Origin: Candidatus Cloacimonadales bacterium
GTDB taxonomy: Bacteria; Cloacimonadota; Cloacimonadia; Cloacimonadales; JAFGVF01
Reading direction: 5' to 3'
DNA length: 64,000 bases
Assembly: GCA_963662585.1 (NCBI GenBank)
Contig: OY759729.1
Location: 288,001-352,000 of the forward strand
Positions 62,818-64,000 of the stretch are shown here, piece after piece. Under the pieces are notes generated by a model, which was not told where the DNA came from, ran no database searches, and saw nothing but the letters and a program-made list of their open reading frames with translations. How positions within the stretch are numbered: the first letter of the stretch is position 1; the number at the start of each line of letters is the position of its first letter. A program made the position numbers and the translations under genes.

Positions 62818-64000
62818 TTAACTATTCTTTATTTCATTATAAATGCTTAAGAATTTCTGATAATCATTCTGAATATTCTCATTGCTTTGGAAATTAGGGC
62901 GGTATTTGATCTGCTCACAATAGGTAAGAAATGAGTTAATTTTCCCTACAGTAACTTTATTAAGGCTACTTTTTTCTAACTCTTGAATTAGCTCATTTTG
63001 AGAAAGTTGCAAAGATGCTTTGGTCACTTTGGCAATAAATTTCAATAAGTTATTCTGAGCATTAGTATAGAATAATATATCATTTTTCTCAACAAGTCTC
63101 TGAGATTCTTCTACTGCTGTCTTTAAGATACTTAGAGCTTCTCTTTTTCTTACAAAACCAAGATCACTCATTCTCTTTTTCTGAACATTAATATACATCA
63201 TATAGCCAATGATCGATAACAGTAATATGCTTAGCATAAGCCAATATGTAAATTTATTAATCAATAAATACTCTCTGCTTATGTTGCCAAGGTAAGGCTT
63301 ATTTCTAGTAAAAAAGACATTACTTTCCTTTTGATCAGAAATATTTCCAGTCCCATTACTGCTTTTAACAGTTAATAAACTACTTTCAGTATAGATTGTT
63401 TGATAATCTTCTTTAACATCATCAAAATAATTCAAACTCACTGGGGGGATTCTGAATTTGCCTGATTCAGAAGGTATAATATCGTAAGTTAGGATTAGTG
63501 TTCCACTATCTTTGGCATCTAGACTCATTGTTGCTTTAGGCTTTAATATTTCTAAGCCATCAACTGCTTGAATTTCAGGGTACAATATTTTTGGGAAATT
63601 ACCTCTCCCTTTGATTGTTACCTGTAGTTGGTTTTGTTGGTTTTCAAACATAATTGATTGATTTAATTCAGACTTAATAGTGAATTCGCCAATAGCATTA
63701 GAGAAATCAATCGCCTTTCCCTTCTTAGGTAGCTCTTTCACCAAGAGCTTTGTTGTAGGACTCTTATAACTATTACGGTTAAAAATAACACTTTCATTAA
63801 CAACTATCATAGGTAGCGTGAGTTGACCAGCTTCTTGTACTGAGAGATTAAGAGTAACTATCTCTCTTCTGAGATAATTACGACCCTTATATTTTGTTCT
63901 TTCCCAGTTCTCATTAATGGTTTCACTGCTTTCAATTCCATATCCATCAAAGGTTTGCATATCATAATTAATGTTATAATTGTTATTCAATGTGTAATAA
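62818..64000 (-). CDS. batD: BatD family protein (5' end outside the window)
   Basis: V.ELP...FSNAIGEF, I.G.GN, P.ESGKF.IP...YFD, C-terminal TM; frame is open to the window edge. Confidence 0.75.
   Translation of the reverse strand, partial: YYTLNNNYNINYDMQTFDGYGIESSETINENWERTKYKGRNYLRREIVTLNLSVQEAGQLTLPMIVVNESVIFNRNSYKSPTTKLLVKELPKKGKAIDFSNAIGEFTIKSELNQSIMFENQQNQLQVTIKGRGNFPKILYPEIQAVDGLEILKPKATMSLDAKDSGTLILTYDIIPSESGKFRIPPVSLNYFDDVKEDYQTIYTESSLLTVKSSNGTGNISDQKESNVFFTRNKPYLGNISREYLLINKFTYWLMLSILLLSIIGYMMYINVQKKRMSDLGFVRKREALSILKTAVEESQRLVEKNDILFYTNAQNNLLKFIAKVTKASLQLSQNELIQELEKSSLNKVTVGKINSFLTYCEQIKYRPNFQSNENIQNDYQKFLSIYNEIKNS

Overview
AT-rich bacterial chromosome segment from a diderm, probably anaerobic organism (Lol-type ABC transporter, TamB-like protein, beta-barrel proteins, Bat proteins, [FeFe]-hydrogenase-like sensor). 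Cloacimonadota/FCB affiliation is only a guess. Most of the window is housekeeping or metabolic: thiamine salvage (thiM-thiE-thiD-tenA), dapB-dapF-lol-tamB-amylase, valS, ybaB-recR-ribE, pepT, purA, trpS, secG-tRNA-Leu, pbpC-alpha-2-macroglobulin and batD. The main oddity is a HUH/Y1 REP-associated tyrosine transposase (RAYT) flanked by about 13 head-to-tail copies of a 177-178 bp unit made almost entirely of adjacent hairpins. Related hairpins with co-varying stems, and several other palindromic repeat families, fill other intergenic regions. Also notable: the tRNA-Leu after secG has the rare AAG (A34) anticodon, the alpha-2-macroglobulin lacks its CxEQ thioester motif, a DRTGG/kinase/degenerate hydrogenase/PHP operon stands alone, and an outer-membrane gene is broken by a single in-frame stop. 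No CRISPR array, rRNA or integrase was seen. All family assignments come from reading motifs by eye; no database searches were run.
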